Of a stretch of 64,000 nucleotides of DNA, positions 12,527-22,668 are shown one piece after another. Source of the stretch: Oculina patagonica. Lineage: Eukaryota. The stretch covers positions 8,308,001-8,372,000 of the forward strand of contig NC_135771.1 of assembly GCF_052425735.1 (NCBI RefSeq), in the 5' to 3' direction. Position 1 is the first letter of the stretch, and every line of letters begins with the position of its first letter. The position numbers and the translations under genes were made by a program. Under the pieces are notes generated by a model. It ran no database searches. It was not told the origin of the DNA and saw nothing but the letters and a program-made list of their open reading frames with translations.

Positions 12527-12780
12527 GCTCCAAAGAATAGCCGTATTTTCTGAAGATTTAGGTTCTAACCGTCTAGCGTCTTTATATTAGACGGAGAAAA
12601 AGAAGCGAAAGTTCGAGAAGGTATCTCATCACGAGGTCTCCTCGTGATGACGTCATCTCTGGATTAGTTCCCAGTGTCCTCTTCCTCTTCCGCTTTCGAT
12701 TTTGATGATATCTAAGAGGACTCGATAAGACGGTTAAAAAGGAGTCTTTATTTCAAGGTAATAAGGCTATTCTCTGGAGT
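12527..12780. promoter_or_regulatory. Bidirectional promoter/5' region of K1-K2
   Basis: 254 bp between divergent ATGs. Contains a perfect palindrome tcatcacgagg-tct-cctcgtgatga (12626-50), GATGACGTCATC (12646-57) and cttccgctttcgatttt (~12687-703). Confidence 0.7.
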
Positions 12781-14499
12781 ATGGAAGATTTGAAGCCTAT
12801 TTCTGCTGCCGAACAAGCTGCTTTCTGTGTGGAAATGACAAAGCGGCTCAACATGCAGCGAAAACAAGATCATTTATGCGATGTAACTTTGGTGACGAAA
12901 GATGACAAAGAGTTCAAGGCGCATAGAAATGTCCTTTCCGCAGCAAGCCCGTTCTTTCACAAGCTTCTTCAGAGCGACATGAAAGAGAATCGAGAAGGAA
13001 TTGCTCGGTTCGAAGAGATTTCGGGGTCAGTAATGGAAGATGTTTTGGAGTTCATCTACACAGGAAGTGTCGAGATAACTCAAGAGAATTCTGAATATCT
13101 AATCGCTACAGCGAACTATCTGATCATTCCGGGATTGAAAACCGTTTCTGGCCGATTTCTAGAGGGACAAATGACCAAATCAAACTGTATTTCAACCTTT
13201 TATTTCGCTGAGAAATACCAGTGTGACGAGCTTATCGCTAACAGCAGGAAGTTTATCCACGCGAACTTCGCCTCTGTAGCAGAAATGGATGAATTCTTAA
13301 ACTTGGAAGCGAAGGAAGTCGAGAGGTGGATTTCAAATGATGAGATTTCTGTTCCAGACGAGGCAGATGTTTTTAGAATCATATTGAAGTGGGTTGAACA
13401 AGACACGAGCAATCGAAAATCAGTTTTTGAAGAATTGTTTCGTCATGTGCAACTGGTTTTTCTATCGCGTGACTATTTGTTCGATGTCGTGACAAATGAA
13501 CTCGTGCGAGAGAATTCGGTTTGTTTAAAGCTGACCTTAGATGCAATGAAGCTGACTAGCTTTACAAGTGAAAACGAGTTTTCACAATCGCCGAGAAAAG
13601 GGATTGAAACACGCGCCATTGTAGCTTGTGGAGGGAAATACACTTTTTGTTATCTCCCAGAGAAAGATGAGTGGAAGCGTTTGCCAGACGGATTGTTAGA
13701 AAATCGAAGCTGTTATACCCAGATGATAAATTTCCGTGATCAGTTGTACACCTTTCACGGTTGCAAGGCAGAGAGATATGATCCTGTGTTTGATGTTTGG
13801 TCTACTTTGAAGTCAGCACCCAGGGGTGATAACGTGACTGTAGTTAGAGGCGAAATCTATGCTATTGAAGTGGACACGTACAGTAAGAAGAAATCCACTA
13901 TCGCAAGGTACGATGTTGAGCGTTGTTCGTGGCAGACAGTTCTGCAATCTCACGAGGGCTGCAGGCAAGACGCTTGTGTTGTTGCAGCTGGAAATCATCT
14001 GTATGTTCTCGGTGGAACGCCGCCTCAGACAAGGGAATGCGTTGCGAAAGCGGAGAGATTCGACACTGTGGAATACAAATGGGAAGAAATCGTAGACATG
14101 CAACAAGCAAGAGGCGGTGCTTTTGGTGTGGCCACTCAAGGAAAGATTTTTGTTGCCGGAGGAAGGGATAGAGAGAACTGTATGTCGCAAACTTGTGAGA
14201 TGTACAATATCTCATCAAACGAATGGCAGTTTATTGGAAGTTTGAATGTTAGTCGTGTGTGCGGCAGTATGGTGTGTCTGAAGGGAACACTCTATGTGCT
14301 GGGTGGCACAAGGGATAACTGGTCACGAAGTGATTTGAGTGTTGAATGCTATGACCCTACAGAGGACAAATGGATCAAGAAGACAACCATACCAGTGAAA
14401 ACGATCTCGGAAGAAAATAAAGATACATTCACCGGGTGTGCACTGAAACTCTCCAAAGGAGTACTGGACAAAGCTTACGTTGTTAAACTAAACGAATAG
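12781..14499 (+). CDS. K2: Kelch-like BTB-BACK-Kelch protein, 572 aa, intronless
   Basis: BTB signature LCDVTLV..FKAHRNVLSAASPFF..FIYTG, BACK (NCI..AEKY.C..L; WISNDEI), Kelch repeats (YVLGG, ERFD..KW, FVAGG, ECYDP..KW). Confidence 0.95.
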   Translation: MEDLKPISAAEQAAFCVEMTKRLNMQRKQDHLCDVTLVTKDDKEFKAHRNVLSAASPFFHKLLQSDMKENREGIARFEEISGSVMEDVLEFIYTGSVEITQENSEYLIATANYLIIPGLKTVSGRFLEGQMTKSNCISTFYFAEKYQCDELIANSRKFIHANFASVAEMDEFLNLEAKEVERWISNDEISVPDEADVFRIILKWVEQDTSNRKSVFEELFRHVQLVFLSRDYLFDVVTNELVRENSVCLKLTLDAMKLTSFTSENEFSQSPRKGIETRAIVACGGKYTFCYLPEKDEWKRLPDGLLENRSCYTQMINFRDQLYTFHGCKAERYDPVFDVWSTLKSAPRGDNVTVVRGEIYAIEVDTYSKKKSTIARYDVERCSWQTVLQSHEGCRQDACVVAAGNHLYVLGGTPPQTRECVAKAERFDTVEYKWEEIVDMQQARGGAFGVATQGKIFVAGGRDRENCMSQTCEMYNISSNEWQFIGSLNVSRVCGSMVCLKGTLYVLGGTRDNWSRSDLSVECYDPTEDKWIKKTTIPVKTISEENKDTFTGCALKLSKGVLDKAYVVKLNE

Positions 14500-15377
14500 C
14501 CACACAGCTGTCTAGCACCGTTACGTCTGAAAGGTCCACTTATCTTTAAACTGGGGGAGGGGGGCTTAAACTACTTCGATCTACATTGAATTCACGGTCC
14601 CAAGGAAACCTTTTCTGTCTACAGGTTTGATTAATATAAGCCTGTCTGTTAGCTTCAGTTTAGCGCTTGAAAGATAAAGCTGACAGCTCAAGATCTGCCG
14701 TTTACAGTAGAATGAATGAACATATTTACGGCTTTGTTTCCAGTATGTTTTACATAATTCAAATTCACTCAGAATGATTTAAGTTACGTGAAATTATCAT
14801 ACAATTTACAAAGTGAAACACTATTCTCGTTCCCAGAACATCCAGGTCTACTTGTCAGCGACAGGGAGGGTCAAGGGCCCTGGAAACGAGACCGGTTTTT
14901 AAATAGCGATTTCCCCTTATAACAAACCACGAACGCATAGAAGTGAATAATTGTTACAGTACACTGCCAAACCAAACAATGATTGTATGCTTGCGTGACA
15001 AAAAAATAGCAAAATATCGAGGCTATAAAAATCACACAAGTTAGAAAATTAAGTTAGAAGCTAAAATGTCACGTAAGATGTTTAAAATTGCACGCGAAGT
15101 TAACAAAAATCGTGTGAGAAGTTATAAAGTTCTAATATATATAGCGGAGCTGTAATGTTTGTTTTTCATGTAAGACAAACTTACAACAAGCCAGAACTTT
15201 CGTGACTAGCAATTGGTAACTGACAATTTTTACCATTGTATTATTTTTTTTTGTTGGATTTCCGATTGTAGATAAAGTTTAGCTTAGTCATATTTAATAT
15301 TCTAAACTGAAAGATACACCATGTTAAAATAAAGTAATTGGATTTGAAACCAAGCGAATCGTCCAGGAATTCATATA

Positions 15378-15555
15378 CAGTGGAACCTCGATCTAACGAA
15401 GGGCCAAGGGACTGACAAAATATGTTCGCTTTAACGAGCGGGGTTTCGTTGTATCGAGGTTCTTTTCCATATGTTTTACTATTACTGGGGCGAAGAATAT
15501 AGTTGGTTATATCGAGGACTTCGTAAGATAGAGGTTCGTTAGATCGAGGTTCCAC
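15378..15555. mobile_element. TA-target MITE, right end clipped
   Basis: cagtggaacctcgatctaacgaa / ttcgttagatcgaggttccac. The intact copy is at 63033-63211. Confidence 0.8.
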
Positions 15556-15762
15556 CTCGCCCGGGATCACAAAACAAAACCTGCTTAGCAACGTAAAACA
15601 AAATTAACCAGCAAAATCTGCATCGTTCAAAGTGTCTCAAAACGCCGGTGCTTAACCCGGCTCTGTTCACGATGCGATGCGAGTCCATGGCAGGCTTAAC
15701 CCCCAGATTCACAGTGAGTTGTCTCTTGCCCAAGAACACGACACAATGACACCGGCCAGGGC

Positions 15763-16753
15763 TAGGCCTTTCTCGATTATGCTAGTAAAACTGGCATTTA
15801 ATGCTACTAGAAATTCTCGCATAAAGCCAAAAAAATGCTAAAATAATGCCTGATTTCTTTAAAAAATGCCACTTGAATTCCAAAGAATGCTGTGTTTTAT
15901 TTCAAACAAAACGAACGAACTCTTACATTATATGCTCATATCAACAAGGCTACAATAGTACGCGCGCTTTGATTGGCTGCTGAGCGGGCATTATTTTCTT
16001 GTAATGACCGGGCATTATGAAAATTTTCTCGGCTCGACGGTTTTGAGTTGTGACTAAAAGCTACCAGCGAGGGGGCAAAAACAACAAAAAATGCCGACAA
16101 AATATAACTATCTTTTCAATAACTGAAAAAAATATAAGCATACCGATACTTCTTTAGTATGAGCGACGAAGAGAGCCACAGAGAGCAAGAGCGAGTTTTA
16201 CCTCCAGTGTTCTTTCCCTTGATTTTTTTGAATAGTGGTTAAAGGCCATATAATAAATAACTTATTAACCTCGTCCGTTCGGTCATTACAGGAGAATCTC
16301 AGACCTCGACCTTGATGTATTGACCTCGCTGTCGCTCGGTCAATACATCAAGGGCTCGGTCTGAGATTCCTCTGTAATGACCTCACTCTCGGTTAATAAG
16401 TAGTATATATCAACAACAGGTGATACTTAATAATTGTTTGTTTATAAAAATAAGAAATAAAAAAAAATATTAAAATTTTTAAAAAAATTAAAAAAACACA
16501 CACGTAAGTAATACAACACAAGTACACAAGTAACACAACGCACAAACAGTCGAAACAGACAGAAAACAATCAAATTAAGTAATCAAAACTGTGAAACTTT
16601 AGGATAATTTATCCTTCTGAGTTCTGAAATCTGGATCACAGTCACGAAAAATGACAGAAAATGCTAGCAATTCTTTTTCAAGAAAAAACGAAAAAAATGC
16701 TCGTTTTCCCAAAAAATGTCGAAAAAAATGCTAGCATAATCGAGAAAGGCCTA
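15763..16753. mobile_element. hAT-type non-autonomous element inserted in a SINE
   Basis: 23-bp perfect TIR taggcctttctcgattatgctag and 8-bp TSD gccagggc (15755-62, 16754-61). Empty site at ~63471. Confidence 0.9.
15948..16406. mobile_element. Nested element with ~140-bp terminal hairpin
   Basis: Flanked by the direct repeat atatcaacaa (15938-47, 16407-16). A long interrupted inverted repeat spans 16261-16400. There are no TIRs. Confidence 0.6.
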
Positions 16754-18158
16754 GCCAGGGCTCGAATCCAAACCGCTCGATCCGGAGCCTCGTTGCAGTT
16801 CTATCAAAACGGAAATTTTCAAAAGGAACAGATTCTTTCCGTTCCGTCTTCGTGATGGGAAGATTTGAACTGTTCCATTTAAGGAAAAATTCTTACCAAA
16901 AATTCCATGTAAATGAAAAGTGCCACAGGATACTAATCACCTCTCCAGCTTTGGTTGCCCATGGCAACCGTGGGTGGAGAAGGCTGGTCACCCTGCTTTC
17001 AAATTCTTTCCCTCTACACGTTTTTCTTGTTGGTTGATAGAAATTTATTTACAACCTGAGCACTTTCCATTTGTATGGAAAAACCGTTTGTTATGGTTGG
17101 AAATTTAATGGAACGGGCCTTTCCATTGGAAAGTTTTCGGAAAAAAGGAATACCTTCAGAGGTATTCCTCTTTCCCAGTTTCTCCCGGATTGACCGGAAA
17201 TTTACTGTTCCATTTGCTACAACCAGACCGTTCGTTGACAAAGCAAGGTCAGCAATTGACATTTGAACGCTAAAATTTACCCGTTGAATTGATCAAATTT
17301 ATCCAAAAATATTTCTATCGAGTGTAGATAGAGAGCGTTTCTTTTCAAAGAGCTAGTGTTTTTCCCTTGAACTTTTTTCACGGCTACATGAGGAAGGAGG
17401 ATAAGGTAGAAAAGTTTCACCCTCGATCGCCATGCATGGTTTTTTGGACCCAGGCTCATCGCAGTGTTCTCATATAACCATTAAGACCGTTTTACCACTA
17501 TATGTATTTACAAGTCAAAATCAGTTGCATGCGTTCATCAACATAATAAATAAACGGTTATCCGCGAATATTAACGCGAGTTTCAGGTTAGGAGTTTACA
17601 GACGTTCCATACCTTACATTAAAGGGACTGAGTCACAGTAATTTTTAGCCACTATTTTCTATTTTCTTAGAGGAGCTACGTGACGGGTGCTGATTTGTTT
17701 TTTTAATACGGGGATGAGAGAGGTGCAGTTATTTTCCAAGAGACTGGAGCAACAGTCTGTTTATGTCCTCCAGCTGTTCAGACACATTTTGCTTCAAAGG
17801 CCGATAGTCAGTTAGTCACTCTTCATGCTTTTGAAAGTAATGACTGAGTACAGGCGCTGTATACATTATTGCGGGGTGCATTTTATGATGTTACTGAAAT
17901 CGCGAGTGTTTAATTTTCAGACACTTTACCTGAACGGTACTGCTGAAATGGCGCTCACTTGAATGGTCATACACTAGGGTTTCATAAACATAGAACTAGC
18001 TTGTGCAGCATATTAAATAAACACCATTTAAATAGCCACGGTATATTGCAATTCCTGAGTTTTGATTGGTTTACAAGCCGTGTTATATGAGCTCATATCC
18101 CATGGACCGCAAATGTGCTGAGTGTACGCGTTAGTAATTTTCCACTCGCGCTTGTTGG

Positions 18159-18592
18159 CATTCTCGTCCCCAGAGCCGCTAAGTCACGGCCCTCTTAGTC
18201 GATTGAGCCTGGGGCCCGAGGAACAAAGATTTAAATTCTCTTTGTTGAAAATCCAGCCAAGACACATGGAACTCATTACCAGAGATTACAAAATCTTCCA
18301 CATCACAAAATGACTTCATGACAGCTGGCCACTTTTTTCCGGGGGGAGGGGGGGGGGGTGAATAGACGTAGTGAACTTGTATTTTTATATTATTTTAATT
18401 TGTAAGTAGATAACGGAGATAATAATGTTGTTATTATTAAAATTATTTTTTAACATACATTTTTAACATGTTAATTTCACGAAAGATACTGGCTTATTTA
18501 AAAGCTATAGCAACATTCGTGTTTAAATGTCTGTATTTTGTGCCCCAGGCTCAACCAGCTAAGAGGAACAAGCGGCTCTGGGGACGAGAATG
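18159..18592. mobile_element. MITE abutting the K3 promoter
   Basis: 22-bp perfect TIR cattctcgtccccagagccgct with no TSD. The same element lies at 31902-36594 upstream of K5. Confidence 0.8.
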
Positions 18593-18599
18593 GAAACAC

Positions 18600-18724
18600 T
18601 AGTAATGACGTCATCGGTGAATTCGTTCCCTATTGTTTTTTTCCTCTTCCGCTTTCGATTTCGACATCTCAACGAAACGGTTCAAAAGAAGTCATTTCAC
18701 GGAAATAAGGCTATTCTCTGGAGC
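18600..18724 (+). promoter_or_regulatory. K3 5' block: CRE, ETS/IRF-like, GAS-like motifs
   Basis: TGACGTCA at 18606-13; reverse-strand GAAATCGAAAGCGGAA at 18647-62; TTCACGGAA at 18696-704. Confidence 0.55.
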
Positions 18725-20464
18725 ATGGAAGATCTACAGCCTATATCTGCTGCCGAGCAAGCTGCTTTCTGTGTTGAATTGACGAAGCGGCTCAACATGG
18801 AGCGAAAACAAGATCATTTATGCGACATAACTTTGGTGACGAAAGATGACAAAGAGTTCAAGGCTCATAGAAATGTGCTTTCCGCAGCAAGCCCGTTCTT
18901 TCACAAGCTTCTTCAGAGCGACATGAAAGAGAATCGAGAAGGAATTGCTCGGTTCGAAGAGATTTCGGGGTCTGTAATGGAAGATGTTTTGGAGTTCATC
19001 TACACAGGAAGTGTCGAGATCACTCAAGAGAACTCTAAAGATCTTATCGCTACAGGGAACTATCTTCTCATCCCGGGCTTGAAAACAGTTTCTGGGCGAT
19101 TTCTAGAAGGACAGATGACCAAATCAAATTGCATTTCAACCTTTTATTTCGCTGAGAAATACCAGTGTGACGAACTCATCGCTAACAGCAGGAAGTTCAT
19201 CCACGCGAACTTCGCCTCTCAGGTAGCAGAAATGGATGAATTCTTAAACTTGGAAGCAAAGGAAGTCGAGAGGTGGATTTCGGACGACGAGATTTCAGTT
19301 CCAGACGAAATAGATGTTTTTAGAATCATATTAAAGTGGGTTAAACATGATAAGAGCAATCGGAAAGCAGCTTTTGAAGAATTGTTTCGTCACGTGCAAC
19401 TGGTTTTCCTATCGCGTGACTATTTGTTCGATGTCGTGACAAATGAACTCGTGCAAGAGAATTCTCGTTGTTTGCGGCTGACCTCAGATGCAATGAAACT
19501 GACCAGCTTTAAAAATGAAAATGATTTTTCACAATCGCCGAGAAAAGGGATTGAAACACGCGCCATTGTAGCTTGTGGAGGGAAATACACTTTTTGTTAT
19601 CTCCCAGAGAAAGATGAGTGGAAGCGTTTGCCAGACGGATTGTTAGAAAATCGAAGCTGTTATACCCAGATGATAAATTTCCGTGATCAGTTGTACACCT
19701 TTCACTATTGTAAGGCAGAGAGATACGATCCCGTTTTTTATAGCTGGTCTACTTTGAATTCACTGACAGTGTCCAGGGGCTCTGCCATAGTGACTGTAGT
19801 TAGTGGTGAGATCTATGCTATGGAGGTGGACACGTTTCGTACGAAGAAATCCACCATCGCAAGGTATGATGTTGAGCGGTGTTCATGGCAGACAGTTCTG
19901 TCATCTCACGAGGGCTGCAGAGAAGAGGCTTTTGTTGTTGCAGCTGGTAATCACCTTTATGTTTTTGGGGGAAAGCCTCCACAGACACGGGAATACGTTG
20001 CTAAAGTTGAGAGATTCGACACTGTGGAAAACAAATGGGAGAATATCGCAGACATGCAACAAGCAAGAGGCTGTGCTTTTGGTGTGGCCACTCAAGGAAA
20101 GATTTATGTTGCAGGGGGGAAACAGGACGAGGAATATTACGCATCGTGGTTAACAGCATGTGAGATGTACAATATTTCAACCAACGAATGGCAGTCTATT
20201 GCAAGCTTGAATGTTAATCGTGAACATGGCAGTATGGTGTGTCTGAAAGGAACACTTTATGTGCTGGGTGGCGCATGTGACTTTCCTTCACGAAATGATT
20301 TGAGTGTTGAATGCTATGACGCTACAGAGGACAAATGGATCAAGAAGACAACCATACCAGTGAAAACGATCTCCGAAGAAAATAAAGATACATTCACCGG
20401 GTGTGCACTGAAACTCTCCAAAGGAGTACTGGACAAAGCGCGCGTTGTTAAACTAAAAGAATAG
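18725..20464 (+). CDS. K3: Kelch-like BTB-BACK-Kelch protein, 579 aa
   Basis: Intact ORF. Start placed at the MEDLQP codon shared by the paralogs, because the upstream ATG at 18590 lies in a MITE TIR. Confidence 0.93.
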   Translation: MEDLQPISAAEQAAFCVELTKRLNMERKQDHLCDITLVTKDDKEFKAHRNVLSAASPFFHKLLQSDMKENREGIARFEEISGSVMEDVLEFIYTGSVEITQENSKDLIATGNYLLIPGLKTVSGRFLEGQMTKSNCISTFYFAEKYQCDELIANSRKFIHANFASQVAEMDEFLNLEAKEVERWISDDEISVPDEIDVFRIILKWVKHDKSNRKAAFEELFRHVQLVFLSRDYLFDVVTNELVQENSRCLRLTSDAMKLTSFKNENDFSQSPRKGIETRAIVACGGKYTFCYLPEKDEWKRLPDGLLENRSCYTQMINFRDQLYTFHYCKAERYDPVFYSWSTLNSLTVSRGSAIVTVVSGEIYAMEVDTFRTKKSTIARYDVERCSWQTVLSSHEGCREEAFVVAAGNHLYVFGGKPPQTREYVAKVERFDTVENKWENIADMQQARGCAFGVATQGKIYVAGGKQDEEYYASWLTACEMYNISTNEWQSIASLNVNREHGSMVCLKGTLYVLGGACDFPSRNDLSVECYDATEDKWIKKTTIPVKTISEENKDTFTGCALKLSKGVLDKARVVKLKE

Positions 20465-21562
20465 TCCCACAGCTGTTTGGCACGTTACATTTGATGCTCG
20501 GTCACAAGGGAAACAGTTTTCCTCTATGCCAACAGGTTTGCTTGATAAAGAGTCTATCTGTTACCTTCAACACTCAATTTAGCGCTTGAAAGATGAAGCT
20601 GATAGTTGAAGATCTGCTTAATTAAACGTTGCTACCTTGCAATTGGAAAACGATTTTCATACATTTTACAGAAAAGTTCCCTTTCAAGGTTACCATTTTC
20701 TGACAGTAGAATCAAGTACAAGTTACAAACACTTTTCTTTCAATAGTGTCTTCTTACTGACAGATAAATGATATTAAGTTTCCTTCAACTCGAAGTAGCA
20801 GTACGAGTATGAGCGTGACTTTTTTAAACCTTGCGTGTGCCGAGCCCAAGATCGTCACGTGTCACACAATTCTCGTTTCCAGGACCTCCGCGTCTCCTTG
20901 GCAGTGACACTAGAGGATCAAAGGCTCTGGAAACGAGATTGGTTGTTTGAATATCGATTTGAATTAATGGTCCTAATAACTAAACCATGAAGACCTTGAA
21001 GTAAAGATGTCTACACTACCAGGGCAAACGAGGATTATAGGTTTGCGTGACATAGAGAACAAAAAGGGTGGTGGTGGTGGGGGCGGGGGGGGGGGGGCTT
21101 CAAAAATCATGCTGGAAGTTTAATTAACAAAATTCATACAAGAAAATTTGAAAAGTTTTAGTGTTCGTGAGGCCGTAATTTTACCCTTTTACGAAAAGAA
21201 ACTGAAAAGATTGGATTGTAATGTCAGTTAAGTTTAATTTAGTCATATTTTAGCTTTCCAAGATTCTAAACTGTAAGAATCATTGTGCTAAAATAAAGTG
21301 GTTTCATTTGAAATCCAGGGAATAGTGCAGGTTATCCATGTCTCACTATGTTATATACTACATATAAGACTATTGTTTTTCTGGCCCAGGCTGAATATGT
21401 ATTTTTGTAGCCAATCAGAGCGCACAAGAAGAAGAAATACTACTGACTTGATGAAGACGAGACTTGGAAGGTTCCTTTCCCTGGGAAGTGACCAGGCTTA
21501 TCGCTTTCGTCACAAAACCTTCTTAGCAAAGTACATAAAAATAAGAAAATCTACATCAGGGC

Positions 21563-21762
21563 TTCAGGATGGGATGCTAGTCCATCGCAGGATAGCCCTC
21601 AGATTCGCCGGTACCCATGTATACAACTGGGTGGAGACAGGCACTATAAGAGTAAAGCGTCTTGCCTAAAAACACAACACAGTGACCGCAGACATGACTC
21701 GTACCCAGACCGCTCGATCCGGGGTCCAGTGCACTAACCATAAGAGCTCATTAGGCCACCGC
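21563..21762 (-). mobile_element. tRNA-derived SINE
   Basis: Plus strand gggatgctagtccatcgcagg...ggtacccat...cgctcgatccggggtccagtgcactaaccat, same family as the other copies. Confidence 0.7.
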
Positions 21763-22668
21763 ACCTACGGTTGAATGCTTTGCACGCGAACAATCTTTGA
21801 GAATTACTTCAAGTTTTAAATTTACGGAATAGCACGTCTGTTTCTACTGACCTGAAACTTGCCTATCGTGTTGTAGCTTCGAATTCTTTAATGTTATCTG
21901 CCAGCCTGACTGTCCGTATGTGTACTGAACGTGGGACAATAAAAGCGAAAGAAAAATTACAGAGCGAATCAAGGTCCCTACAACCAGTAGCTTCGATGCA
22001 ACCCTTCAAGAGTTACGTCCTTGGGACAAGTTTCCTTTCCCCTCATACCCAGATGGGGGACTACCATATAAAAGTGACAGGGTGTTCGTTGGAAATTGTA
22101 AAAGGACCCCCTAAAAGGTACAAAAACTTGCTTGGTGGGTGTATCTTAAATTCTTTTTCATCTCTAAAAGGTCCTCTAAAAGTGATCAGTATGAAACCGC
22201 CGGAAGCCGTGTTCTTTTTTCTTCAAATGTCATAGAAAGAAAACACCGCAATATTCCAAAAATAAGACCTGCACTTATATTTGCAAGTAGATGTCCCTTT
22301 CAGGTGGGCTTATATTTGGGAAGCGGAGAGAGGAGGGGGGGGGGGGGGTATCTTCGGATGGAAATTTGCGTTTTAAAAATCTTTGGGTTTCTAGTTGGAC
22401 GGGAAACTGTTTGAAATTTTTTTGGTGCATTTAAGAAAACCACATCGCCAAAATCTCTAAAACTAGCGATGTAAAACCCAAAACAAGCCCTACAGCCATA
22501 AACAGGTCAACAATACAGGTAGGTCCACTCGTGATGAGTGATGACGTCAACTCTGAATTCGTTCCCGGTGTCCTCTTCCTCTTCCGCTTTCGATTTTTGA
22601 CGACATCTCTGAACGACACGCTTCAAAAGTAGTCTCTATTTCACGGTAATAAGGCTATTCTCTGGAGT

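Larger units (their letters stand above)
8421..14560. repeat. Segmental duplication, copy 1 (partner ~49134-55110)
   Basis: Colinear homology from ttatttgggaaaatc through the 2.2-kb flank and the K1/K2 vs K8/K9 head-to-head pairs. Offset is about 40.7 kb. Confidence 0.9.
14700..17285. repeat. Segmental duplication (partner ~62200-64000)
   Basis: The K2 3' flank is colinear with the K10 3' flank, including the same MITE and SINE. Offset is about 47.7 kb before the 991-bp insertion. Confidence 0.85.

Noticed and set aside
12661-12673. NF-kB site (ggattagttccc / gaattcgttccc)
   Set aside because: The spacing does not fit GGGRNNYYCC. The motif is shared between paralogs but I cannot assign it.
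11898-13412. Recurrent antisense ORFs (MFCSTH.., MSDLDT.., MSGHTK..) across paralogs
   Set aside because: They are shadows of the conserved KLHL coding strand and recur only because the genes are near-identical.
12781-14499. Assigning a gene symbol (KEAP1, KLHL12, KLHL20/diablo)
   Set aside because: Only the domain architecture matches. The degenerate blades and local expansion give no basis for orthology.
18590-18724. 45-aa N-terminal extension of K3 in the ORF track
   Set aside because: The ATG lies in a MITE TIR and the extension runs through the CRE and leader, which are not kept in frame in the paralogs.
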